From NCBI RefSeq assembly GCF_000372725.1, contig NW_005201192.1, positions 372,001 to 436,000 on the forward strand: a stretch of DNA of 64,000 nt, in the 5' to 3' direction. The stretch is from Emiliania huxleyi CCMP1516 (taxonomy: Eukaryota). The first letter of the stretch is position 1, and each line of letters opens with the position of its first letter. Shown one piece after another: positions 52,497 to 62,824 of this stretch. Position numbers and translations under genes: made by a program. A model generated the notes under the pieces. The model did not search any database, had not been told where the DNA came from, and saw nothing but the letters and a program-made list of their open reading frames with translations.

Positions 52497-52668
52497 CTCC
52501 CGGCACGCCGGGAGGAGGTGGGTGCTCCGCCGCCGGACCGCCCTCTCCCCCTCCATCACCCTCGCCCAGGGATCTACAACGCTGTCTTAAGGTCCGACAG
52601 GTTCGGCACCGGGCACCGCCTCGGTATACAAAATGCGCCTGCGGGCGGACCCTTACAGATCACAGATC
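52497..52668 (+). mobile_element. 172-bp retroposed 3' end with (ACAGATC)n tail, 16-bp TSD ACATGGGCCGGAACCC
   Basis: TSD at 52481-52496 and 52669-52684. Confidence 0.85.
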
Positions 52669-52741
52669 ACATGGGCCGGAACCCAGCTCGCGAACTGAAC
52701 TTGCAAGCAAGTTTTGACGGACGGTGACGCTCGTGTCCCAG

Positions 52742-53780
52742 ATGAGGCCCCTCCGTTTGAGCCTCGCGCTACTGCTCGGGGCGGCAGCTTTCCCAGCGAA
52801 ACAGTGGGGCGCACAGGGCAGCAGGGCGGGAATCCTTGAAACGGTCGGCCTCACGAGCGTTCGGACCATCGAGCAGGCGCGCAAGGAGGCTCGTGCCCCC
52901 CCACTGCTCCTCGCCACCTGCCTGCGTCCACTTCTCCATCGGCCTTGTCGATTGCCCACCTGCAACACTGCTCCGGTTGGCCTGGTTACGTGGCAGGTGA
53001 AGCAGAGCTCAAAGAAGGAGCTTGACGGCCTCAGAGCCGAGATTCGTGCGCTGCAGGTGCAGTGAGCACACTCACCTTTTGGACGGCCCACGCACCCACC
53101 CCTGAGCTCGGACCTCATGGATCGCTCGCTTGTCCCTCTCGGCCAATCCGCAGCAAACGCTGCGCAACGAGAGCGATGCGCACTACGCGGCGCTGGAGCA
53201 CGAACGGGAGGAGGCTCGCGAGCAGATCCGGACCATGCGCGTGCAGCTGAAGGAGGCGACCATGGAAGTGCGCCAAGCGGAGCTACCCATTCACTGTTTG
53301 AGATACCCCTGAGACGCATCCGAGACAGTTCCTCTTTCAGGTGCGGCGGAGTCGAGAGCTGCTCAACCACAGCCGAGACGCGTCCGGGTGCGGATGATGC
53401 CACTTCCGAGACGCTCCCGAGACAGTTCCGAACTCCCTCGCCCGCTACACACTCCCACCGGGCTGACTCGTGGCTCGCAAGTCCACAGCCGAGCACGGCA
53501 CATCCACACGGCATGCCACGGCACCGCCTACAGGCACCTCGAGAGGGAGGTGAGGCAGGCGAGGTTCGAGGGGGGTGTGCGGACTAAACATATACTGCTG
53601 GCGGTCGTCTTTATGCTGACCTTGGTGGTGATCGCCGCGACGGCCGTGTGGGCGATGCTGCGCGGGCGCAAGCCGACCGACGTCCTGTCGGAGAGCGAGA
53701 AGGCGCGCGTGCAACGAGCGATGCTCCTCGTCAAGGCGCGCGCCCATTCGCGAGATTGGCCCGAGATTGAAAACCGGTCG
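52742..53780 (+). CDS. Signal peptide + coiled-coil + single TM protein, unknown function, multi-exon
   Basis: MRPLRLSLALLLGAAAF; exons KKELDGLRAEIRALQ and ALEHEREEAREQIRTMRVQLKE; TM HILLAVVFMLTLVVIAATAVWAML. The 3' end is uncertain. Confidence 0.6.
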
Positions 53781-54704
53781 AGAGATGCACCGAGAGTCCG
53801 AGACTACGGGCAAGTCATGGGCGAAGCTTGTCGAGAGGCACGCCTCTCTGGCAGAGAAACAACCCCCGAATCACCAAGAGCAGTCCAATCCCTCCCCCAC
53901 GCCCATCCCAAGCCTCAGCCGTTTGCCTCAATGTGTGTAGCAAGCGCGACAGTCAAGCGTGAACGCGCCTCCCACGGACGACGGGGACGACGGGGACGAC
54001 GAGGAGGGTGGCAAGGATCAGTAGCTTGGCAGGGCGAGAGGAAGAGAAACCGCCGACTGATGTGTCCACGCCGAAGCGAACCCTCTCTCTCGTCACTCTT
54101 GTACATTAAACGAACTTCGGCCGTGACGCTTTTTGCGTTTCTTTTTGGCGATGCTGCCGCCGTTCAGTAGGTGCGGTGTGCGCCGCAGCCGCACTCTCGG
54201 GTGCCGCGCGGCTGGCATGTGGTTCGTGAGTTCCTCTGACTCTGAGAGGGACACACTCCTCTTTTTTTGTGGGGGCTGCGCGTCACGGGCTGTGCTGACG
54301 ACGTCGCTAGGATCGGTCCACACAAGTCTATAAATAAATAAAACGTACACGCCGAAACGAGGGGTGGGAGAAGGACAGGGTCCCCACCTGCACGAGCAGG
54401 GTCTTGTAAGGACAAAAAAGAAAGAAAGAAAGAAACAGACAAACCCAAACGAGGGGATGGGGGAGGAGGACAGGGTCCCCACACCTGCACGAGCAGGATT
54501 TTGGAAGGATTTGATGCCTGTGGGCCTTGGAATTCTTTTTGGACGAGGTCACATGGACAACCAAGAAGTGGCACGGCCTGCAAATGCAGCGTTTGTCCGT
54601 CGTCCTCCATCCACACCGAACTTGTGGCGTGGCAGACGGTGTCGGTGAACGAGCTAGCATGCGGGGAGAGCGGCATTGTGTTGTCGTGCCAGTGTGCTGT
54701 GAGT

Positions 54705-54809
54705 GGAGCCGAGCGAGCGAGACGAGTGGATGGAGCCGAGCGGAGCCGAGTGGAGCCGAGCGGAGCCGAGCGGAGCCGAGCGGAGCCGAGCGGAGCCGAG
54801 CGGAGCCGA
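54705..54809. repeat. (GGAGCCGAGC)n 10-bp tandem repeat
   Basis: Directly visible. Confidence 0.9.
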
Positions 54810-55524
54810 ACAGAGCTGCCACCGCGCCATCTGGCGCTTAAGACTTAGAAACGCTAGGTAGGTAGAAAGGTGAAGAACAGCCAGGCTCGGACTGGACACC
54901 AACGCGGTATGGGTGGACGCTGGACAGATGATGACGACACGCACGAGCGACACACAGACACAAACAAGCTCACAAGACACACAGCCAGCTGGCTGCCACA
55001 CACCCTGAGTTGGCGTACACATAACTCAAGGCCACATCCTCCCTGTCGCCCCCCCCAGCAGGACGAGACGGTGAGGTGTCTATGGACGCCCTCCTCATGG
55101 GCTAGCTGCCTGCGGCTAGCCCTAACGCTAAGCGATCTCAGTGAGCAGCACCACACCACAAGAAAGAGAACCGGGTTTTTCTCGAACCACGCCAGCTCGC
55201 TGCTTTCTTTCTGCCAGTTTATGTGCCTCTGGGGCGCTCCCTCTGGGAACAGCTTCTCATCCGCCCCTGTCTCTCCATCATCTTTTTCACTGCGTCGTTT
55301 TTTTTTGAGCTTAGCGTTTTTTTTTCGCAACCACGCCAGCTCGCTCCTGGAGCAGCTTGCCCCCCACGCCAGCTCGCTCCTGGAGCAGCTTGCCCCCCCC
55401 GAGCTGCTTGCAGCAAGCCCACGTGTGCTGCAAACACCAGCCTCTGCACGTCGCGCTGGGCTCACAGGCTGCCCCTGTGCTCGCTGTAGGCCGTGGGCGC
55501 GCCGCTCTCGGTGCCGCGCGGCGC

Positions 55525-57288
55525 ATGTGGTTCCTGACACTCGTTTTGCTTCTGACGACGTCATTGCTCTGCTATGCCGGCTACATCTTCCTAGTGGTGG
55601 ACAAGCGGCAAGAGAAGCAGGAGCGGCCTCCACCGCGCAGCACACCCGGCGCCCAGAACGCCTCGCTCAGCACCTGCACGCGACCCACTCTCTGCTGCGC
55701 GCTCGCTGCGCCTTGCCGCCTGCTGGCAGCATCAGGAGCAGTCCGTTTGGCGCGCCCCGCGCTGTCCCTCACAGCGCGTCGGTCGCGCGAGGCGCTGCCG
55801 ACGCATCGTGGCGGGCCGCTTGCACGCAGACACTGCTGCTCTGCCTTGTGCGGCGTTCTGCTGAGCACGCAGACACGGCCTCCTGCGAGCCTGCGCGGCG
55901 GTTCTCCGGCGCTCACCGGCGTCTGCGGCTCCCGCGTCAGGTGCTCGAGAATCCGGAGGTTTACGAGGCGCTCGATGACAAGCAGTACAACTTCGAGCTC
56001 CCCATTGAGATCGACGACTATGACGAGCTGCGCGAGTCCAAGCCGCCAGACAAGCGCACGCTGCCGCTCGCGCTGCTCAAGCGCGCGATGGCGGACATAC
56101 CGCTGATAGAGCAGCTTGAGCGCGACCACCCGCGCATGGTGCGCCTCTTCAACCGCGGCTTGCTTCCCTTTGGGATCTGGGAGCAGCTGCTCGAGGCGGA
56201 GCGGATGATGGATGAGGAGGTGGCATTCGCACAGACTACTCACGCAGCACTCCGAGACCTGTCGAGAGACCAGCTTCCGAGCCGCTGTCCTCACGCCACA
56301 CGCGTTGTCGCGCTGGAGGACAGCACCCCAGTCCGCCTCTGGCACACCGGGCTTACACCCACCACACACCCTAGGGCCACCGGACCCACCCACGACGCCC
56401 GCCCGCAGCAACGCCCGGCCACCCCGACCCGGCCACACCGACCCAGCCACCCGACCCGTCCGCAGGTGCACGAGGTGCAGGCGGAGGCGGAGAAGCTGCA
56501 GAAGGGGTGGGGGCAGGGCGTGTTTGGGCAGGCCTACCAGATGCTGCGCAAGGAGCGCGAGGAAGACGCGCGCGAGGCGCAGGAGCGCAAGGGCGCGGCG
56601 CAGCTGACGATCGAGTTTGAGCAGGCGCGCCCTCCCCTCCCCTCCCCTCCCCTCCCCTCCCCTCCCCTCCGTGGTGGCTCATCCGGCGTCGGTCCGTGGC
56701 GCGCGCGCGTGACGCCCGCCCCGACGCGTCCCCGCAGGAGAGCGGCCGCGTAGTGACGCTCATTGCCGACGGGCGCAACGTGCTGCAGCAGTCGCAGATG
56801 CTGCTCCGGCGGGACTGCGCGGCGGAGGAGGTGGCCTTCAAGTCCGGCGTCAAGGCGACGCTGGTCTCGGGCGACGGCGACGACGCGCGCACCTTCAGCT
56901 GCCAGGTCGGCGACTGCGGAGGAGCGGGGGTGCGTGAGGACCGCTCGTTTCACAGCTCGAGTTGTGCGCAGGTCGACGAGCTGCTGCTGGACAAGGAGCA
57001 GGAGAAGCAGTGGAAGCAGCTGGGCCAGGACGCGGCGCAGCTGCGGCTGCAGGTGCCCTTACCCCGTCCCTGTCGTCTGCCTCCCGCTCCCTCGCCCCTC
57101 TCCCTTCCGCACCCGATTCCACCCACCGGACGCCCGCCTCTCACGCCCTTCCCCCGCCCCGCCCCTCCGCCGCCCCGCAGCTCAAGTTCACGCGCAAGGC
57201 GCAAGGGTTGAGGACGGGCTTCGTCCTGAGCGACGTGCGCGCGACTATCCCTCCGCTGAGCGCCGGCGGCGCAGCGGCCTCGAGCTGA
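55525..57288 (+). CDS. SEC66: Sec66/Sec71-like translocon subunit with C-terminal extension, multi-exon
   Basis: N-terminal TM (MWFLTLVLLLTTSLLCYAGYIFLVV), then ALLKRAMADI..LERDHPRMVRLFNRGLLPFGIWEQLLEAERMMDEE|VHEVQAEAEKLQKGWGQGVFGQA. This matches the Sec66 pattern ALL-RA...G-I...W..F..AE..M..E...EA....GWG..IF. Confidence 0.8.
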
Positions 57289-57702
57289 GCCGAGGCCTCA
57301 GGAGGTGGGGGCTCGAGTCGCCGCGCACGGGGGCCGCGGCGGCAGTTCACTATATGACAGGCCGCGGCACCGAGTTCGCGCCCCTCTCTGCGCCGCGGAG
57401 ACTGCGCCGCGCGCGGAGGCTCATCCCCGCACCAGCCACCAGCTTCTCGCACCACATCGCTCGCCAGCGCCGCGCGCCGCCGGAACACCACTCCTGCCCC
57501 TCGCCGCCGCCCCTGAGGACGACGCCTCGGACACACACGACGCAATCGAAAATTAGGGACGTTTTTATGCGACAGCTAGAGTAAGTAAAAAGAAAGTAAT
57601 GACGGACCCGGACATCCCCTAAGGGTGAGTCGGGCCTAGCCGGTGGTGTAGAGTAGGGAGCGGAGGGCCCGCTGCGCGCTGGGAGGTGATCGGTCCCGCT
57701 AT

Positions 57703-58601
57703 CTCTGGGCCGGCGCGGGGGCCCCAGAGGGTGTCCATGCGGGGGGGAGATGGGGTCCCATGGCCCGCCGCAGCGATTTTTTGGCTATTTTTCTTTTTTC
57801 GCGATTATTTACTTGTTTTCATGGGAATTCGGCGTACTTGCGGCCATGCTATCACGCCTTGCGACAGCCTGTCGGCGCTGCTGACCGTGCCATGCTGCAC
57901 AATTGATCACATGCATAGCTCGCGGCCTTAGTATCAAGCATTCAGTGACGACCGATCGGCCAGTAGGAAGGTGTCCTTCCAGCTGCGTGCACGCTTCTGG
58001 CGCAATGCGCGTCACCTCGGATTGGCTGCTGGCACTCTCGAGGCTATGCCTACACAGCCTCGCGCGCATGGGCAGTCAAGAGGGACCACGCACCTTCTCA
58101 GGACAGCGCCGGTGCCTCTCTCTTGGACCGGCAAACGTGGTGGTCTCGTGTCACCAATGTGGGACCAGTGCGGCATCGCGCCATCGACAGCTCTGAACTG
58201 CGCCTCACCACTGACCGGGAAGGCCGCCAAGTGGGCCAGCACAGGTCGCACATTGTGGCAGCAGTCAGCAGTGCATGGCTGATAGCTAGAGCAGCAGCGT
58301 CAGGGTCGCAGGGTCGGATCGTGTCAAGCCTCTCGCCCGGCCGGCCGCGTGCAGACGTCGGCCTGTCTGCTGTCTGGAGTGATCTGTCGGCGGTCAGTAC
58401 GACCGATCAGGTCGGAGTTTTCTGATGGTTGGAGGGTCTATCTGTATGTACTCCTCGAGATCTTTCCAAATCTGCCCTCTACTTAACCGTACTTAATCGG
58501 GAAGTCGGTGCTCTGAGCGACTCTGAGCGCCGGAGCCCCGTTTCCGCACTGCGGCGGCCGCGGCGCACGGTGCCTCCGGGGGGCCCCGCGCCGGCCCAGA
58601 G
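57703..58601. mobile_element. 899-bp non-autonomous TIR element (CTCTGGGCCGGCGCGGGG...), 8-bp TSD CCCGCTAT
   Basis: TSD at 57695-57702 and 58602-58609; ~28-bp TIR. Confidence 0.88.
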
Positions 58602-59047
58602 CCCGCTATGGATATGTAAGAGCCACTAATGCAATTGTTGGCCACCTTATGCACATCCATGGCCACGGTTCGTAGGACGTCGCTGAGACGTCGTGTATTT
58701 TGGTGCCGTGTCAAGCCGGGTGGCGGCTCAGTGATGCGTCACGCATACGCCTCGCTTCACGCGTACAGACAGAAAGCCCGATCGGTGATTTCAGATGTGC
58801 TGCGTATTATGCGCACGTCTTCTGCACCGATCGTTACCACCGACCTTCTGGCCGCTACGCACCACGCACCACGCATCTGTTTTATGTAAGCTTTGCCAGA
58901 GAGGCTCTCTCGGGGCGCTACGCACGGTGTATTACGCACACGTCTTACGCAGTGGGATCGTAAATCGGGGCTGGGTGGGCCTATGACCGACGCATTACGC
59001 ACATGCACTACGCTCTCGACCGTGAACGGCGGCGGAGAGGGGATTAC

Positions 59048-59330
59048 GCCTCATGTATTACGCACACGTCTGATGCATCGCTCGCCATGGGTGTCCGGGG
59101 GGAGCTTACGTCCCACGTATTACGCACACGCACGACGGATTTGACTGAGAAGTGGCGGCCAGCAAGGGTTACGCCTCACGTATTACGCATACGTCTGACG
59201 CATCGGTCGCCATGGGTGTCGGGGGGAGCTTACGCGTCCCACGTATTACGCACACGCACGACGGATTTGACTGAGAAGTGGCGGCCAGCAAGGGTTACGC
59301 CTCACGTATTACGCATACGTCTGACGCATC
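59048..59330. repeat. ~125-bp direct repeat (2.3 copies) rich in TTACGCA
   Basis: Units start near 59048, 59173 and 59299. Confidence 0.85.
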
Positions 59331-59336
59331 CGCCCA

Positions 59337-59550
59337 CCTAACCCCTAATAACCCCTAACCCCTAACCCCTAACCCCTAACCCCTAACCCCTAACCCCTAG
59401 CCCCTAACCCCTAACCCCTAACCCCTAACCCCTAACCCCTAACCCCTAACCCCTAACCCCTAACCCCTAGCCCCTAACCCCTAACCCCTAACCCCTAACC
59501 CCTAACCCCTAACCACCTACCCACCCCTAACCCTAACCCCTAACCCTAAC
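59337..59550. repeat. Interstitial telomere-like array (CCCCTAA)n = TTAGGGG, grading into CCCTAA
   Basis: About 25-30 heptamers; CCCCTAG variants 70 bp apart. Confidence 0.92.
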
Positions 59551-59842
59551 TTCGCGCTGCCGCTAGGGAGCTGCCATAAATTGGCGCTGCCGCTAGGGCT
59601 GCCATAAGCTGGCTAGGATTGTATGTGCGCTGGTAACAACAGACTCGGGCATAGCCCTCGACAGCCACCCCCTAACCCCCCCACCCCCCCCTTTATGTGC
59701 GCGCACTCTGGCGCTGCCGCTAGGGCTGCCATAAGTTGGCGCTGCCGCTAGTGCTCCAAGTGCTAGGGCTGCTGCATAATCATGAGCCTGTCTCCAAACA
59801 CCTCTCCGACGCGCTCGACTATAGTCCAAATTGGACGATGGA

Positions 59843-60464
59843 CTATATGTCGGGTTGGCGGCCATTTCGCATTTGCTCAGGCGTCAGAATGCTGAGCTCG
59901 TACACTGGCAGCTCCGCAGAGGTCGAGGACGGCGGCGGCGGCAGCGGCGGCGCAGTGAGATCGCTGGCTAGCGTGTCCTTGCCCGCCTCCCTGCGGGCAT
60001 AGAAGAGCGCCGCCTCCTCGGCGGTGGCGAAGCAGCCGAGGGTGACCATCTTGCCACCAGTCCTCACCTCCAGATTGTACTTCTTGCTGCCTCGCTGCTT
60101 CGGGCAGTGGCGGACGCCTTTGTAGCCGGTGTTGCTGCTGCTACTGGCGGTGAGGGCGAGGCCCTCCCTCTCCGCCTGCCGTATCGCCTCGGCGCCAGCG
60201 GGAGTGGGAGCGGGGCGGGGCTGCAGCAGCTTGGCGGCGTCGGCGCGGCCGTACTCTGAGCGAGCGTAGGCGACGGCCGCCTCTTCGGCGGTGTCGAAGC
60301 AGCCGAGGTGGACATGCTTGCCGCCATCTCTCACATCCGCCTTGAACTTCTTTTTGCCGCGGATGTAGGACACGCACGTTCTTGTAGCCAGTCGTGCTGT
60401 TCTTGGCGATGGCTGGGATCAGCATAACGCCCTCTGACGACGCGGTCCGAGGCGGGGCCATCAT
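59843..60464 (-). pseudogene. Double AP2/ERF-domain protein gene with a 4-bp duplication frameshift
   Basis: TTGYKNV/SYIRGKKKFKADVRDGGKHVHLGCFDTAEEAAVAYAR and NTGYKGVR...YNLEVRTGGKMVTLGCFATAEEAALFYAR. An extra CGTG near 60375 shifts the frame. Confidence 0.85.
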
Positions 60465-61469
60465 GCAGAGGACGCACGTAGATTTTCGCGAGTTTGACAA
60501 TTGGGATTCGATTAGCAAGGCAGCGCGGGAGCCTGAAATCATTGGCCAGGCAATCGTCTCGCGGGCGTTTTGGCGAGTGCAGAAACATAATGCGTATACG
60601 TAGTACGTCAGCGCCTCCAGGCTGTGGCGCCAGGAGGGGGTACGTATGCGGATACATGATACGTCATGCGTAACGCGGTCGTCGATGGGCCTGAATTGGT
60701 AAAATTATGCTGCGTAAGTGCGGGGCAGGGCCAACATTGAGTATTCTGTGCTGTTTTCGAAGGAAAATATGCGCTGTGAGCAGGTCCGGGCTGAGGGCCG
60801 GCCTTCATATCTGCTGTATTTTGATAACTGCGCCTGTCTACGCACCAGGTTACGCACCCGAAACCAGAGCATAAGGCGATGCGTATTCATTTTGTGGGTT
60901 GGGCATATCCATAGCGGGACCGGTCACGCTCTGGGGCGCCCTGGGGGCCGGCTGTGGCCGCTGGCCGCTGGCCCGCTGCGCGCTGGCCGCTCCGCCGCTG
61001 GTCGCGTGCCGCTCTGCCGCTGCCGCGTGCCGGGCCTGGGGGCGGCGTGGGGGGGGGGGGGGGGGGGCCCCTTCAGGGGGAAAAGGCACCTCTCCACCCA
61101 TGTGCATTTCTCCCCCTGGAAGGGGGGGGGTCCGGCAAAAAAAAAAAAAATTTCCCGAGGGGCCCCAAGGCCAAACCCCCCCCGGGCCAATTTGAAAAAA
61201 GGGAAAAAGGGCCCCTCTTCAAATTCCTGTACCCCCTGAAACTTTACCCCGGACCCCCGGGGAAGGCCCAAAAATCCGGAACGGGTTGGGCCCCCCCTTC
61301 CCTTTGGGGGCAAGGGCGGTTTAGGGCCCCGTCCATTTCCCCCCCATTTGGGGCGGGAAAAAAAAAAAATTCCCCCCCAAAAAAAAAAAAAAAAACGGAC
61401 CACCCCAGGGGGGGATGGGAGGACGGCCCCCCCCCCCCCCCCCGGGATTTTAAAAAAAGGGGGGGGGGG

Positions 61470-61569
61470 NNNNNNNNNNNNNNNNNNNNNNNNNNNNNNN
61501 NNNNNNNNNNNNNNNNNNNNNNNNNNNNNNNNNNNNNNNNNNNNNNNNNNNNNNNNNNNNNNNNNNNNN
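61470..61569. other. Assembly gap (100 N), preceded by low-quality read-end sequence
   Basis: Run of N; 61030-61469 is a homopolymer-inflated copy of ~61650-62060. Confidence 0.95.
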
Positions 61570-61960
61570 GGACTGCTCCTGATGCTGCCAGCAGGCGGCA
61601 AGGCGCAGCGAGCGCGCAGCAGAGAGTGGGTCGCGTGCAGGTGCTGAGCGAGGGGTTCTGGGGCACTGCAGGGGGAGAAGGCAGCTCTGCAGCCATGTGC
61701 ATGTCTGCAGCTGGCAGGCGGGGGGTCGGGCGACGAGGACGGACATGTCGCGAGGGGCCCCGAGGCCGAGCCCCACCCGGCACAATATGAAATAAGGAGA
61801 TAAGGGCCGCTCTTCGAATTCCTGTACGCTCTGTAGCTGTACCCTGTACGCCCGGGGAAGGCACAGTAATCCGGAACGTGTTGGGCGCCCCATTCCGTTT
61901 GGCGGCTAGGTCGGCTCAGGGCCCCGTCCACTTCCCTCCCACTTGGCGCGTGAAGATGAA

Positions 61961-62787
61961 GAGATTCCCCCCAAAAAGAAAGAAAGAAAACGGACAACCC
62001 AAGGGAGGGATGGGAGGACGGCACGCCGCCACCACACAGGGATTTTAAGAAGAGGGGTGTGGTGCGCTAGCCGTCGCCCACCCTTGGGCGTCCGCCTCTT
62101 CCTATGATCCTATCTCTCTTCGCAGTCTCTCTCCGATTCTCGCTAGGGGAGATTCCCCCCAAAAAGAAAGAAAACGGACAACCCAAGGGAGGGATGGGAG
62201 GACGGCACGCCGCCACCACACAGGGATTTTAAGAAGAGGGGTGTGGTGCGCTAGCCGTCGCCCACCCTTGGTTGGGCGTCCGCCTCTTCCTATGATCCTA
62301 TCTCTCTTCGCAGTCTCTCTCCGATTCTCGCTAAGGGAGATTCCCCCAAAGAAAGAAAGAAAACGGACAACCCAAGGGAGGGATGGGAGGACGGCACGCC
62401 GCCACCACACAGGGATTTTAAGAAGAGGGGTGTGGTGCGCTAGCCGTCGCCCACCCTTGGGCGTCCGCCTCTTCCTATGATCCTATCTCTCTTCGCAGTC
62501 TCTCTCCGATTCTCGCTAGGGGAGATTCCCCCCAAAGAAAGAAAGAAAACGGACAACCCAAGGGAGGGATGGGAGGACGGCACGCCGCCACCACACAGGG
62601 ATTTTAAGAAGAGGGGTGTGGTGCGCTAGCCGTCGCCCACCCTTGGGCGTCCGCCTCTTCCTATGATCCTATCTCTCTTCGCAGTCTCTCTCCGATTCTC
62701 GCTAGGGGAGATTCCCCCCAAAGAAAGAAAGAAAACGGACAACCCAAGGGAGGGATGGGAGGACGGCACGCCGCCACCACACAGGGA
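61961..62787 (-). repeat. Tandem array (~187-bp unit, 4 full + 1 partial) of the (TTTC)n-tail retroelement 3' end
   Basis: Units start near 61961, 62150, 62338, 62522 and 62709; homologous to the TSD-flanked copies at 21419 and 35126. Confidence 0.88.
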
Positions 62788-62824
62788 GTTCGTGATTTTT
62801 TTCTGCGCGCCCCTTTCGAACAGT

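Larger units (their letters stand above)
57686..60927. mobile_element. TIR element (24-bp TIR GTGA(T/C)CGGTCCCGCTATGGATATG) carrying an AP2 gene and a telomere-like array
   Basis: The left TIR is split by a nested insertion (57686-57702 + 58610-58616); the right TIR is at 60904-60927; 23/24 identity. Flanks GCGCTGGGA/GCTCTGGGG may be a degenerate ~9-bp TSD. Confidence 0.78.

Noticed and set aside
57809..58425. Coding capacity of the nested 899-bp element
   Set aside because: Only short ORFs without recognisable motifs.
59337..59550. True chromosome end
   Set aside because: Non-telomeric sequence continues on both sides and the array is enclosed by matching TIRs; misassembly is not fully excluded.
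61030..61469. Homopolymer-rich region with poly-K/G/P ORFs
   Set aside because: It is a degraded read-end copy of ~61650-62060 next to the N gap, i.e. an assembly artefact.
61961..62787. CRISPR-like regular repeat
   Set aside because: The units are wholly identical with no unique spacers, the context is eukaryotic, and it is homologous to retroposon 3' ends.
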